Shown: in pieces, positions 1 through 10,237 of the stretch
Position numbering within the stretch: the first letter of the stretch is position 1
Layout of the letters: each line of letters starts with the position of its first letter
Origin: Calditrichia bacterium
Lineage (GTDB): Bacteria > Calditrichota > Calditrichia > JAJRVZ01
Reading direction: 5' to 3'
NCBI GenBank assembly: GCA_963777955.1
Contig: CAVZSQ010000020.1
Span: forward strand, 1-52,083
Length of the DNA: 52,083 bases
Translations under genes and position numbers: made by a program
The notes under the pieces: model-generated
Seen by the model: the letters and a program-made list of their open reading frames with translations, nothing else
What the model was told of the DNA's origin: nothing
Database searches by the model: none

Positions 1-261
1 GCAGCGCATGAGTGATGAGAAATTTGATGTGGAAGAATTTGCCAAGGAAATGAATATGAGCCGGTCGCAACTACACCGCAAAATGACAGCATTGACAGAT
101 CAGTCAGCCGGTGAATTTTAAGAGACCTGCGTCTACAGCGGGCCTTGGAACTACCGCAGAAAGATGGCGGGGAGGTCTTGGAAATTGCCTACCGGGTCGG
201 ATTCAACGATCCATCATATTTCAGTAAATGCTTCCATCATCAGTTTGGAAAATCTCCTTAG
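1..261 (+). CDS. C-terminal AraC-type HTH of a transcriptional regulator, probably a hybrid two-component regulator; 5'-truncated by the window, with indels
   Basis: Manual translation across frames gives ..DEKFDVEEFAKEMNMSRSQLHRKMTALTDQSAGEF..LRLQRALEL..EIAYRVGFNDPSYFSKCFHHQFGKSP*, the HTH_18 pattern. Confidence 0.85.
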
Positions 262-466
262 GAAGTCAGGAAGACATCAAGTATACCTTAATCGGTATTC
301 AAACCGCCGCAGGTCTTTTCCCCTAAAAATACATCATCATTACCAGTTTTTGAGACATCTTCGCTGGTACTCTCGACTCTCCTATCATTAGATTGCTTCA
401 TGATTAACGGTTAATCCTATATACCCTTATTAATTCTGTATTATTCATTTTACAGGAGGATGAACC

Positions 467-1792
467 ATGAGGAAAACACTTTACTGCTATTTACTTTTAG
501 CCATCATGATTCACGGCGTTAACCAGACATTTGGGCAATATGTCTGGACAAAGAGTCCATCGCCAGTTCTCACCCCTACGCCTCTGGGAGCATGGTACAA
601 AGAAGTATGGTCTCCAAGTATTCTCTACAACTCCGATTCGTCGCGCTATGAAATGTGGTTCTCGGCCGGACCGGGCCCCGAGCTGAAATTGGCTGCCTTA
701 CCAGATTTCCTTCGCGACTTCTAACGATGGTCTATCCTGGAATGTCGTCGACTCAATTCTGGTCTTGAAGTCAATCCCCGGCACGTGGGAAGCAAATGTC
801 TGTAATCCTTCGGTTCTACGAGAAGATGGATCGTACAAGATGTGGTACTCTGGATTCCGTTCGTATAGCAGTGTCGATTCGGCATACATAGCATACGCTA
901 CATCAACCGACGGCATTACCTGGACGAAGTATGCTAACAATCCGGTACTGCGGCCGGGTCCGGCCGCCTGGGAGTATAATGCGATTGGTGATGTCTGCGT
1001 CATTCATACCGGAGATCTGTATCAGATGTGGTATGATGCCAGCCCGTTGACCTCTACGAACATAGGGAGAATTGGACGAGCAACCTCTACCGATGGAATT
1101 CATTGGACGAAAGACAGCTTCAACAATCCGGTATTGGATATGGGTGGCTCCGACCAATGGGACAATAGTGCTTTGTTGTTTCCACGTATATTCGTCAATT
1201 CAAGACACTATGTTCATGTGCTATACCTGCGTCAAATCAAATGGCGACTGGCGCAGGATCGGTTTGGCTCGCTCCACCAACGGGGGCACAGTCTGGCAGA
1301 AATGGGAACGGGCCCCATTCTTGCTGAAAGTTCCCCGGGAAGTTGGGATCAGAATTTCGTCCAAGAGGGTGCTGTTCTTACCATCAGCGATACGCTGCAT
1401 ATGTGGTATAGTGGCATGTCCTACAGTACGAATCGAGCTTGTATCGGGCATGCGACTATGCCAATCGACACATTAAATTAAAATATGTCATTCTTGGTAT
1501 TAAAGAATCCGATAATGATCTTATTCCTGAAGGATATTCACTCTCACAGAATTATCCCAATCCCTTTAATCCAATAACCAATTTCCAATTCACAATTCCC
1601 AAAACAGAACAAGTTATTCTGGAGATTTATAATCTGCTTGGGCAAAAGGTGGCCACGCTGGTAAACGAAAGCCTTAATCCTGGTTTGCATACAGCGGTCT
1701 GGAATGCAGCAGGCTATGCCAGTGGGGTGTATCTCTATCGTCTGCAGGTAAAAAATTATTCGGAAACGAAGAAACTCATTTTGCTGAGATAA
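467..1792 (+). CDS. Secreted beta-propeller glycoside-hydrolase-like protein (GH32/GH130-like) with T9SS-type-A-like CTD; split by several frameshifts
   Basis: AGGAGG RBS and signal peptide; repeated 'ATSTDGITWTKYANNPVL..G..WE/WD' blades; C-terminus SLSQNYPNPFNP..ASGVYLYRLQ..KKLILLR. ORFs 467-724, 765-1481, 1072-1476 and 1439-1792 are pieces of one gene. Confidence 0.7.
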
Positions 1793-1793
1793 G

Positions 1794-1864
1794 TGACCCA
1801 CCCCTGGTCCCCTCCCTGTCCGGCAGATTGCCGGACAGGGAGGGGATGAAAGGGGAGAGTCAGA
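1794..1864. repeat. REP-like nested hairpin, copy 1
   Basis: TGACCCACCCCT..TCCCCTCCCT[GTCCGGCAGATTGCCGGAC]AGGGAGGGGA..AGGGGAGAGTCAGA; same scaffold at 4991-5061 and 6284-6354. Confidence 0.85.
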
Positions 1865-2155
1865 TTACCGGTTATCGTTAATACTTTCTATTCCTGAATA
1901 AATCGGTTGATTTGACAAATGTGCAGAGTACATTATATACCGTTAAACCAGCATTTTACAAGCAGCATTAGTATTATTCTAATCTTTCCTCTTAGTATTC
2001 AGTATACCGCTGGTATCCATCCATTTCTTGTATTTGAAACATATTTCTTTAGCGAATTGGGTAAGGATTGGCAGTAAAGTTCCTTACTGCAGTTGTTTAT
2101 TCTGTTTTTTGAAGTGTTTTTCATTTGACCTTTTCATTACATAGGAGGAGAAAAC

Positions 2156-4909
2156 ATGAAGAAAACTGTTTTAGTATTTTTGTCACTGGCAGCCGTGGGT
2201 GTATTCGGTATCAGCCTGATTTTTGCCCAATCGCCCCCCCGGTCGGCCGGATCAGTAAAAGGGATCGGATTACAAAAAGGAATAATGTATTCGCCATCCG
2301 ATCGTATACAGTCCGATTACGACAAGAAATCCCGCCATTCATCATCGGGCATACTGCTTGCGGGAGTCCGGAGACTGGTTCCGCAGGACTACGCCACCAT
2401 TCAGGCCGCCATCGATGCCTGTGCTGATGGCGATACGGTGCTGGTTTCTGAAGGGACCTACCTGGAAAACATCCGTTACAAGGGGAAAGCCATTGTGGTG
2501 GGCAGTCTGTACCTGGTTGATGGTGATACCACGCATATTGAGAAAACGATTATTGACGGCAGCGGTTCGACTGATCCGGACAGCGGTTCGGTGGTGTATT
2601 TTGTCGATGGTGAGGACACCACTTCTGTATTATGCGGATTGACGATCCGGGGAGGAACAGGAACACGTTACTTCTAATGGTCCGTATACTTTGCGGTAGG
2701 GGGAGGGGTGTTTTGTAATATAGCCGGAGCCCGGCTCATCAGGAATTATATCACTCATAACCGAGTCATTGCCCAATGTGCTGAAGGGGGCGGAGTGAGT
2801 GCGTATGGGATTGCCATGATTATTCCTTACCTGATCATGGAAGAAAACCGCATCACAGACAATTATGTCCAAAGTGACACAGTTAGTAATTTTTATGGTT
2901 CGGGAGGAGGAGCCGACCTTGGGGGTATATCAGCCACGGGTGGTAGGAAATCTATTTGAACGCGACACAGTAGTATCAAAATACGGATCTGCTGGTGGAG
3001 GGATGTGTATGTATACTCTATCATCAACTCAGCACACTTCCTGAGGGGATATATTCAAGGCAACATCTTTCGGGCAAATATCATTAATGCGACAATGTAG
3101 ATGCTGAGGGTGCCGGTTTGCTGTTTCCAATGGACAGGTGAAGTGACCATTAAGGAAAACCTCTTCGAAAATAATGTGGCTACGAGTGAATATGGGTGGG
3201 CTTACGGAGGCGGATTAGGCATATATGGATAATACTATCACCAATTATGGACGGAAGATGGTTATAAAAAATCGATTTATTAACAATCGTGCTCGGTTAC
3301 AGTGGATTATATTAGGGTGACGGTGGTGGGTAGATGTCTTTAGCACACTCGCCACAGTTACAGGAAATGAGATCTGTCATAATGTGCATCTGGTCCAATG
3401 GTTATGGTGGTGGAATATGTATTAGATATGGCTTCTTTCCGCCTGGAAAATAACATTATTTACAAGAACTATGCTTCGACCTCGCGGTGGTGGAGTTGAT
3501 GTCTGGACTCTTCCCTGGCAGGGGACTGAACAATTTTTGGTCAACAACACAATTTTTGATAATACTGCCCAATCTGATGGAGGGGGATTAGGCGTCGCAA
3601 ATGGAGCAAATGTTGTTGCCTTGAACAATATTTTTTGGTCAAATACAGCCAATACTGGGTGTGAAATCGATGCTCACTACTGGATATATTACAGGTTTAT
3701 CACTCTTTGATAAGTGATCCTGTTTACTAGTAATATGGATAATGGTGTTTTCTGTGCTGATCCTTTATTTGCCGATACACTTGGTCATCTCAGTGAACAG
3801 AGTCCTGCTATCGGACGTGGTGTGGCAAGTCTGGAGATTGATGGTACCATTTATCAGGCCCCAGCGACTGATTTTGATGGTAACCACGACCTTCAGCAGT
3901 CGATCCGTTTGTGGACATCGGTGCCTATGAATCGGATTATGCAGTAGGGCGAGCCTTACCCGACATCCTTTACGTTAAGTGATCGTTTCATTCCTCCTGT
4001 CACAGGCACACTTCATTTTACTACGGACATCATAAACTATCATAATCACAACATCCAGGTATTCAGCAAATTTTATGACAGTGACAGCAGCGTGCAGGAT
4101 TCAGTGGAGATGTTCGATGACGGACAGCATGCCGATGGTGCGGCAGCAGACGGATTATACGGCGGATCCTATCAACCAGATCTGGAAGAAACTTTTACCA
4201 CCTATCTGGTGCTGCAGAATAATGATAATGATCTCAGAACTGAATACGGTGGTAACGAATAAATTCACTACCATCGGTCCGGTCAAACTGGCGAGTTATG
4301 AAATTGTATCTGCGGATACTACACCTAATCCGGGAGATAATATAAGATTAAAATTCCACCTGACCAATCAAAGTTCCACAGTTACAGCCAAAGATATTTC
4401 CGTCAGACTCAGGATGGCCGATACACTGGCGACGACCAGCAAAACTCCGGTTGAATTCGGAGATATTGTTCCTGGAGGTACAGTCACGGGTAAAAGTAAG
4501 AGAACACTACGTCTTTCCGATAATTATGAGTATCCCATAGACTATCTGCCTGTGGTTTTAGAGATTGCCAGTGCCGATTATGTTTTCTGGTATGATTCCA
4601 TAACCCTGGTGGTTGATATAGAAAAGACACCGGTGAGTTTGCCATTCGTCTTTAGTTTAAAACAGAACTATCCCAATCCATTTAATCCAAGCACTATGAT
4701 TAAATTCCAAATTCCAAATTCCAATTTTGTTACCCTGGAAATCTATAATTTGCTTGGTCAGAAAGTGTCCACACTGGTGAATGAAAAATCTGAATGCAGG
4801 AACGCATATAGTAGAATGGAATGCAGCGGGCCTGGCCAGTGGGGTGTATCTGTATCGTCTGCAGGCAGGAGATTATGCGGAAACCAGGAAACTCATTTTA
4901 CTGAGGTAA
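2156..4909 (+). CDS. Large secreted right-handed beta-helix protein with choice-of-anchor-like domains and T9SS-type-A-like CTD; heavily frameshifted
   Basis: AGGAGG RBS and signal peptide; 'VPQDYATIQAAIDA..DGDTVLVSEGTYLENI' start; GGG-containing beta-helix repeats; 'DPLFAD..LSEQSPAIGRG' and 'MFDDGQHADGAAADGLY' motifs; QNYPNPFNP CTD ending KLILLR-TAA at 4909. Confidence 0.7.
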
Positions 4910-4915
4910 CCAGAT

Positions 4916-4979
4916 TGGTCGCTGAGTAGCCCCGATTTGCCTGCCGCGGCAGACAGGTCAGGGCGTATCGAAGCGACCA
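4916..4979. repeat. Palindromic intergenic element with an inner CCTGCCGCGGCAGACAGG palindrome
   Basis: TGGTCGCT...AGCGACCA outer arms; related outer arms at 7516-7573. Confidence 0.55.
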
Positions 4980-4990
4980 CTGTTATGAAA

Positions 4991-5061
4991 TAACCCACCC
5001 CTTTAATCCCCTCCCTAATGCCCAGGAGGGCATTAGGGAGGGGACAGAGGGGAGGGTCAGA
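4991..5061. repeat. REP-like nested hairpin, copy 2
   Basis: TAACCCACCCCT..TCCCCTCCCT[AATGCCCAGGAGGGCATT]AGGGAGGGGA..AGGGGAGGGTCAGA. Confidence 0.85.
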
Positions 5062-5086
5062 TCGTTGTCTGCACAGTCATTTTTTA

Positions 5087-5115
5087 TTGACTCCCGATTA
5101 TACCACCTTTATATT
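5087..5115 (+). promoter_or_regulatory. Putative sigma70 promoter
   Basis: TTGACT-N17-TATATT, upstream of the ATG at 5143. Confidence 0.5.
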
Positions 5116-5142
5116 TTCCCGGCGTTAGTGAAAGGGCTAACT

Positions 5143-6282
5143 ATGCAATTCTTTTTACGATTAATTTTCACCCTGCTGATTATTTCCGGATTTTCTGCAA
5201 AAACAATCCGGGCCCAATCGGTCGATGAAATCTACCAGAAATTCATCAAGGGCTATCATACCTACGAGGATATAACTCTGCCGTACCATATTTTTGTGCC
5301 TGAAAGCTATAATGCTCAGCAGGACTACCCGTTGGTATTATGCCTGCACGGGGCCGGTGAACGGGGCGATGATTCAACTGCTGTTCAGAAAAACAGTATG
5401 GCTACCGTCTGGGCCCGCGATTCGATTCAGACCCGCTGGCCTAATTTCATCCTGGTGCCGCAATGTCCCCAGTACTGGTCATGGACGTCCACGGATATCA
5501 TGCTGACCGTCAACGATCTGCTGGATTCGCTGCTGAGTGTGTTTTCGGTAGATACAAACCGGATCTATATCACCGGTCTTTCGCTGGGCGGTAACGGCAC
5601 CTGGGGATATATCGCTGACTATCCGCATAAATATGCTGCGGCTGTTCCGGTGTGCGGCTGGGGTGATACCTTGCAGGCCGAAACGATCAAGCATATACCT
5701 GTCTGGGCTTTTCATGGCGCCCTGGATGGAGTTGTACCGGTAAGCGGTACAAGAACCATGATTTCAGCATTGGAGAAGGAAGGATTGACTGCGGTTTACA
5801 CTGATTGCAAACAGGGGGATTGCACAGGTTTGCCCGACAGCACCATCGCAGCTGAAATCAATGACGGGGCCACCTTGTTGTATACGGAATACGAAACTGG
5901 TGGTCACTCCGTCTGGAATGAAGCTTATAATGATCCTTTGCTGCTACCCTGGGTATTCGCGCAGTCTAAAACAAATCAACCGGCTGCAATTAACGATGAG
6001 AAGTTTAAGCAGTTATCCGGGGAATTTTATATGGCACAAAATTATCCGAATCCATTTAATACAAGCACCAAATTCCAATACTCAATTCCCAGATCCGGAT
6101 TTGTAAAATTTGAAATCTTTAATCTGCTTGGACAAAAGGTGGCTACGCTGGTGAACGAAAATCTGAATACGGGAACTCATACAACGTTCTGGAATGCAAC
6201 AGATTTTGCCAGTGGAGTATACTTTTATTGTCTGCAAGCGGGAAATTATGTGGAAACGAGGAAACTTATTTTGCTGAGATAA
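5143..6282 (+). CDS. Secreted alpha/beta hydrolase (phospholipase/carboxylesterase-like) with T9SS-type-A-like CTD
   Basis: Signal peptide from the ATG at 5143; YPLVLCLHGAGERG; nucleophile motif GLSLGG; FHGALDGVVP; GHSVW; QNYPNPFN CTD. Confidence 0.85.
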   Translation: MQFFLRLIFTLLIISGFSAKTIRAQSVDEIYQKFIKGYHTYEDITLPYHIFVPESYNAQQDYPLVLCLHGAGERGDDSTAVQKNSMATVWARDSIQTRWPNFILVPQCPQYWSWTSTDIMLTVNDLLDSLLSVFSVDTNRIYITGLSLGGNGTWGYIADYPHKYAAAVPVCGWGDTLQAETIKHIPVWAFHGALDGVVPVSGTRTMISALEKEGLTAVYTDCKQGDCTGLPDSTIAAEINDGATLLYTEYETGGHSVWNEAYNDPLLLPWVFAQSKTNQPAAINDEKFKQLSGEFYMAQNYPNPFNTSTKFQYSIPRSGFVKFEIFNLLGQKVATLVNENLNTGTHTTFWNATDFASGVYFYCLQAGNYVETRKLILLR

Positions 6283-6283
6283 A

Positions 6284-6354
6284 TAACCCTCCCCTCAAGT
6301 CCCCTCCCTGTCCGGCAGCTGCCGGACAGGGAGGGGATGCAGGGGTGGGTCAGA
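6284..6354. repeat. REP-like nested hairpin, copy 3
   Basis: TAACCCTCCCCT..TCCCCTCCCT[GTCCGGCAGCTGCCGGAC]AGGGAGGGGA..AGGGGTGGGTCAGA. Confidence 0.85.
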
Positions 6355-6370
6355 AAAAAGAAAATCATTT

Positions 6371-7481
6371 ATGCTCAAATTTATTATAGCCGGTCTGATC
6401 CTTATTCATAGTCTCATTCATCTCCTGGGCTTTGTAAAAGCTTTCAGGTTAGCCAGGATAGATATGCTGACACTCAGTATATCCAAACCGGCAGGTCTGC
6501 TGTGGTTATTGGCTGCAGTGTCATGTATGGTTACTGCAGTTGCCTTCATATCAGGAAAAGAATGGTGGTGGATGATTGCGTTACCGGCATTAATCCTTTC
6601 GCAGTTACTGATCATTTTATATTGGCAGGACGCAAAATTTGGTACCAGCGCCAACTTGATAATCCTGATTTTCACAATTTTGGCATTTGGATCATGGAAT
6701 TTTAATGGCCTGGTAAAAAATGAAGTGAAATCGTTAATGGCCGCCGCCGCTGCCGCTACGCCTGCTGAGAAAAAAATAATAACAGGTGAAATGCTTTCCA
6801 ACCTTCCTCCTGTTGTCAAACTTTGGCTGCAGCGATCAAATGTGATCGGCCGGGAAATGATCCACAGCGTGTACCTGAAACAGACCGGCGAAATGCGCAG
6901 CAGTCCCGGTGGTAAATGGATGCCGCTGACGGCCGAACAATGGTTTACCGCAGAAAAGCCCGGCTTTATCTGGGTGGGCAGGGTTACCGCTGCCGCGGGA
7001 ATAAAAATTACTGCCCGGGATAAGTATGAACAGGGCAGAGGACAGATGCTGATCAAATTACTTTCTCTTTATACTATTGCTGATGTTACAGGAAAGGAGA
7101 CTGATCAGAGCACCATGCTGCGTTATCTGGCCGAAATATTCTGGTTTCCCTCAGCTTCATTGAGTAATTATTTGCAATGGAAAGAAGTAGATTCTTTAAC
7201 CGCCAGAGCTATAATTCAGCTATGGCGGAATCAGCGACTCGGCCCGGATCAGGTTCAATACCAATGGAGACATGGTCAGTTTCGAAACCCGGCGATATTA
7301 CGATCGTAAAGACGGATCTACGCTGGAAGACTGGATAGTTCGGGTTGAGCCTGACGGTTACAGGGAATTTGAGGGGATCAGGATTCCGGCAATATCGACG
7401 GTAACCTGGAAATTGAAGGAGGGGGATTATACCTGGTTGAAACTGGAAATTACGGAGGTGCATTATAATAATATTGAGTAA
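6371..7481 (+). CDS. Membrane-anchored DUF6544-like protein; frameshifted near 7220-7270
   Basis: Four N-terminal TM helices (HSLIHLLGFVKAF..W.DAKFGT.AN), then 'LPPVVKLWL..V.LKQTGEMR..W.P.TAEQWF..PGFIW..LRYLAE..WFPSA'; continues in ORF 7272-7481. Confidence 0.7.
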
Positions 7482-7515
7482 AAATACTTAAATGTGTAGT
7501 GATAGAAGTAAAAAA

Positions 7516-7573
7516 TGGTCCCCTTGACTTCTTTCGACCTGTCCTGAGCCAGGTCGAAGGATCGAGATGACCA
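7516..7573. repeat. Palindromic intergenic element between convergent genes; possible terminator
   Basis: TGGTC..TTCGACCTG-TCCTGAGC-CAGGTCGAA..GACCA. Confidence 0.5.
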
Positions 7574-7581
7574 CATAAACT

Positions 7582-8134
7582 CTACAACGCACTAAATAAA
7601 AATGACTTAAACGAAGTATCCTCAGCTGCACTGATCCCCACTTTCATGGGCAGCACCGATTGAGCGGGATAATAATTAATATATTGTTCATGACTGTTGT
7701 CTGACGAGTAGTTGCTTTTTATAGTTGTCACGGGATTCTGTATTGCTCTTACCGCCAGTATGCATAAATTATAAACAGCGAGACAGGAAATCAGGATAAA
7801 GACAACCGCAACCTGATACAACGGAACAGGGCGTCTTAAAATATTAATAAAAATTTCTGCTGAATGAATAAGCGGACTGTTCCTATCAGATTTTAATTCC
7901 CGCACCCGCTGCCGCAGCAGCGACTGAATCTCGAGTTTGGGTAAAGGGGGATCAGATTCATTGACCGCCAGGGATTCAGGCAGCAGGGATAGATTTAAAC
8001 GAAGGCTGCGACAGTCCGGGCATCCTGCAATGTGGGTATTTAATCTGGCTGTTTCTGTCCCGGTCAGTTCATCCAGTCTGGCTTTTCAATATAAGTTGCC
8101 GGATCAGCGTGCACTCGTTTGAGATAATATTCAT
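7582..8134 (-). CDS. Zinc-binding (zf-HC2) transmembrane anti-sigma factor; frameshift near the N-terminus
   Basis: ATG at 8134 overlaps the sigma stop (TAATG). After a frame correction it reads ..LDELTGTETARLNTHIAGCPDCRSL.. (HxxxCxxC), in frame with ORF 7582-7905, which has a TM helix. Confidence 0.75.
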
Positions 8135-8733
8135 TATAGTACCTCGGATTTATTGGGATCATAGACTTTTAAACGTTCGGCGATCATCGACAGGGTATAG
8201 TACAGCCGTGATTTAATCGTGCCGGCCGGACAATTCAATATTTCGGCAATAGCGGGTATGGATAAATTTTCCTGAAAACGCAGCAAAAAGGTACTGCGTT
8301 GATCGATGGGCAGATACTTTAACAGCAGCAACAACTGTTTCGAAAATTTTTCCAAATCAATCTTAACCATTGTGGATTCAGAAGCATCTTCCACGGAAAT
8401 AACAGGATGATCCAGATCCATAATATTGACAGTTTTACGGTTTTGCCATTGACGATATTCATTTTTGCACAGGTTGTGGGTGATGGTATAAATCCAGGTC
8501 GCGAACTTTTTAGTATCGTGAAACTGATTCCTTTTATCCAGAACTCTCAAAAAAATATCCTGCAGCAGATCCTGAGCCCGGGATTCGTTACCATGCAACA
8601 TGCGCAGCAGATAATGCAGCAAACGATGACTGTAACGGCAATACAATTCATCGAAGGCGACGGTATCGCCAGCCTTGACCCGGCGGAAGAGTTGCTCGTC
8701 GCTTGACGATTTCAATTCATGATTAGCAGACAT
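8134..8733 (-). CDS. ECF RNA polymerase sigma-70 factor
   Basis: SDEQL..GDTVAFDELY; AQDLLQDIFLRV; FATWIYTITHNLCKN (region 2); IAEILNCPAGTIKSRLYY (region 4). Confidence 0.95.
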   Translation of the reverse strand: MSANHELKSSSDEQLFRRVKAGDTVAFDELYCRYSHRLLHYLLRMLHGNESRAQDLLQDIFLRVLDKRNQFHDTKKFATWIYTITHNLCKNEYRQWQNRKTVNIMDLDHPVISVEDASESTMVKIDLEKFSKQLLLLLKYLPIDQRSTFLLRFQENLSIPAIAEILNCPAGTIKSRLYYTLSMIAERLKVYDPNKSEVL

Positions 8734-8785
8734 TTTTATTTAGCAAACCGAATCAAATATGGAACTGTTCTTTCACTGATTTTCT

Positions 8786-9982
8786 CTAAAACTTTTTCTC
8801 AATTTCTGCAATTGCTTCTTTATTACCGGCTGCTTCAGCCAGACTTAATGCGAAATTTTTCCAGCGGAACGCTTTTTCCTGATCCCCGCTCAGTGAATAG
8901 TGCTCGGCCAGTAACATCATCGGACTGATATAGTTAAGATTCATTCTGGCCGCCAGGCGTTTTCCCGGATATTGATCATTGGCATAATCAAATTTGAGAT
9001 AATCCAGAATAAAATTTTGTTCCAAGTTTCTCCTGATCAGTGCAATATTATCCAGTCTTTTCTTATTATAGCGAAAAGCCAATCCCACGGCATATAGATT
9101 TTCTTTGAATGCTTCAATGTAATTCGGATAGACCGTCAGGGCAAAATATAAGGGATACTGGGGATATTTCTCGGTTAATTCTGCTGCTATTTCCTGCATC
9201 AGGGTGGCTGGATAGTTGGATGCTCCCTGCTGCTGAGCCCTGCTCTGCATAGATTTATAATCCAGATCAATTTTTTTGGATTTCACCGCATTTTCAAAAT
9301 AAGACTGAACCGAGGTCAAGGAGATATTGAGGATGGTTACATCAGCGCGGATATTTTTGACCTGCTGTAACAACCAGGCCGGGTAGGTATCATTATCGCC
9401 ATTGGTGATCAAAATGGCATTGGGCTCGGTGGACATCAGTACATTATAGTTGTAATTCACCAACCAGGGCGCGATATCCTTACTGCGATAAAGTTTTTCG
9501 CAGAATTCATTAAACCTGGAGGTTTCACCCTTGATGGCATACCAGGTGAGCAGATCATAATAGGCATCCGGACGTTGCGGATCCAGGGCATAGGCTTTCT
9601 CGATTAATGATATGTTGTTTAAATCGGAATTTGTTTTAAACTTTAATATATAATATTCATATGAATTTGGAATAGCTTTGCCCATTTCTTCTATTATCCC
9701 GTTCAATTTGTCCTGCCGTCCTTTCGCCTGGATATTGTCGAAACTGGCGTAGCGATTGGCATTATAATAATTCATCCAGGCCATGGCATCCCGGGGATTT
9801 TTGTCGATTTCTTTTTTCCACAGGACGGCCTGCTGCCGGTACCATTCGTCAGTCTGGATTTCATAGACAATGCGGTAAACCTTTTCAGGTTTTATGTTTT
9901 GAGCGGCAGGCAAATAACCGGACTGGCTGAGCAGGATAAAAAACAACAGTAGTCTTGAAGCAGTTTTTATCGAGGGATGCAT
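8786..9982 (-). CDS. Secreted helical protein carrying the soluble domain motif of the DUF2723/TMEM260 family
   Basis: GGAG RBS and signal peptide; TPR-like N-terminal half; NAILITNGDNDTYPAWLLQQVKNIRADVTILNISL and PLYFALTV motifs; no multi-TM region. Confidence 0.6.
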   Translation of the reverse strand: MHPSIKTASRLLLFFILLSQSGYLPAAQNIKPEKVYRIVYEIQTDEWYRQQAVLWKKEIDKNPRDAMAWMNYYNANRYASFDNIQAKGRQDKLNGIIEEMGKAIPNSYEYYILKFKTNSDLNNISLIEKAYALDPQRPDAYYDLLTWYAIKGETSRFNEFCEKLYRSKDIAPWLVNYNYNVLMSTEPNAILITNGDNDTYPAWLLQQVKNIRADVTILNISLTSVQSYFENAVKSKKIDLDYKSMQSRAQQQGASNYPATLMQEIAAELTEKYPQYPLYFALTVYPNYIEAFKENLYAVGLAFRYNKKRLDNIALIRRNLEQNFILDYLKFDYANDQYPGKRLAARMNLNYISPMMLLAEHYSLSGDQEKAFRWKNFALSLAEAAGNKEAIAEIEKKF

Positions 9983-10043
9983 AGGTGTACTCCTTTATCT
10001 ATGGAAAATTTTATACTATTACTAATGGATCCGTTAACTGCTA

Positions 10044-10069
10044 ATACACCTGTGTATTGAAAACGTTCA
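10044..10069 (-). promoter_or_regulatory. Possible ECF-type promoter for the 9982-7582 operon
   Basis: Minus strand TGAAC-N15-GTGTAT about 60 nt upstream of the start; resembles ECF -35 (AAC) and -10 elements. Confidence 0.35.
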
Positions 10070-10237
10070 ATAAGCGGACAATAATTTGCTTTATTATGCA
10101 TATATTTTGTTGAATGTAATATCCCTTTTTTATAGGTTTATAAAATTAACTGTATGAATCTTTAAGCGGGATATACCGTATACAGACAATAAAAATTGAC
10201 CTTTAACACAGAATGAAAAATTGGGCGATGAAATAAA

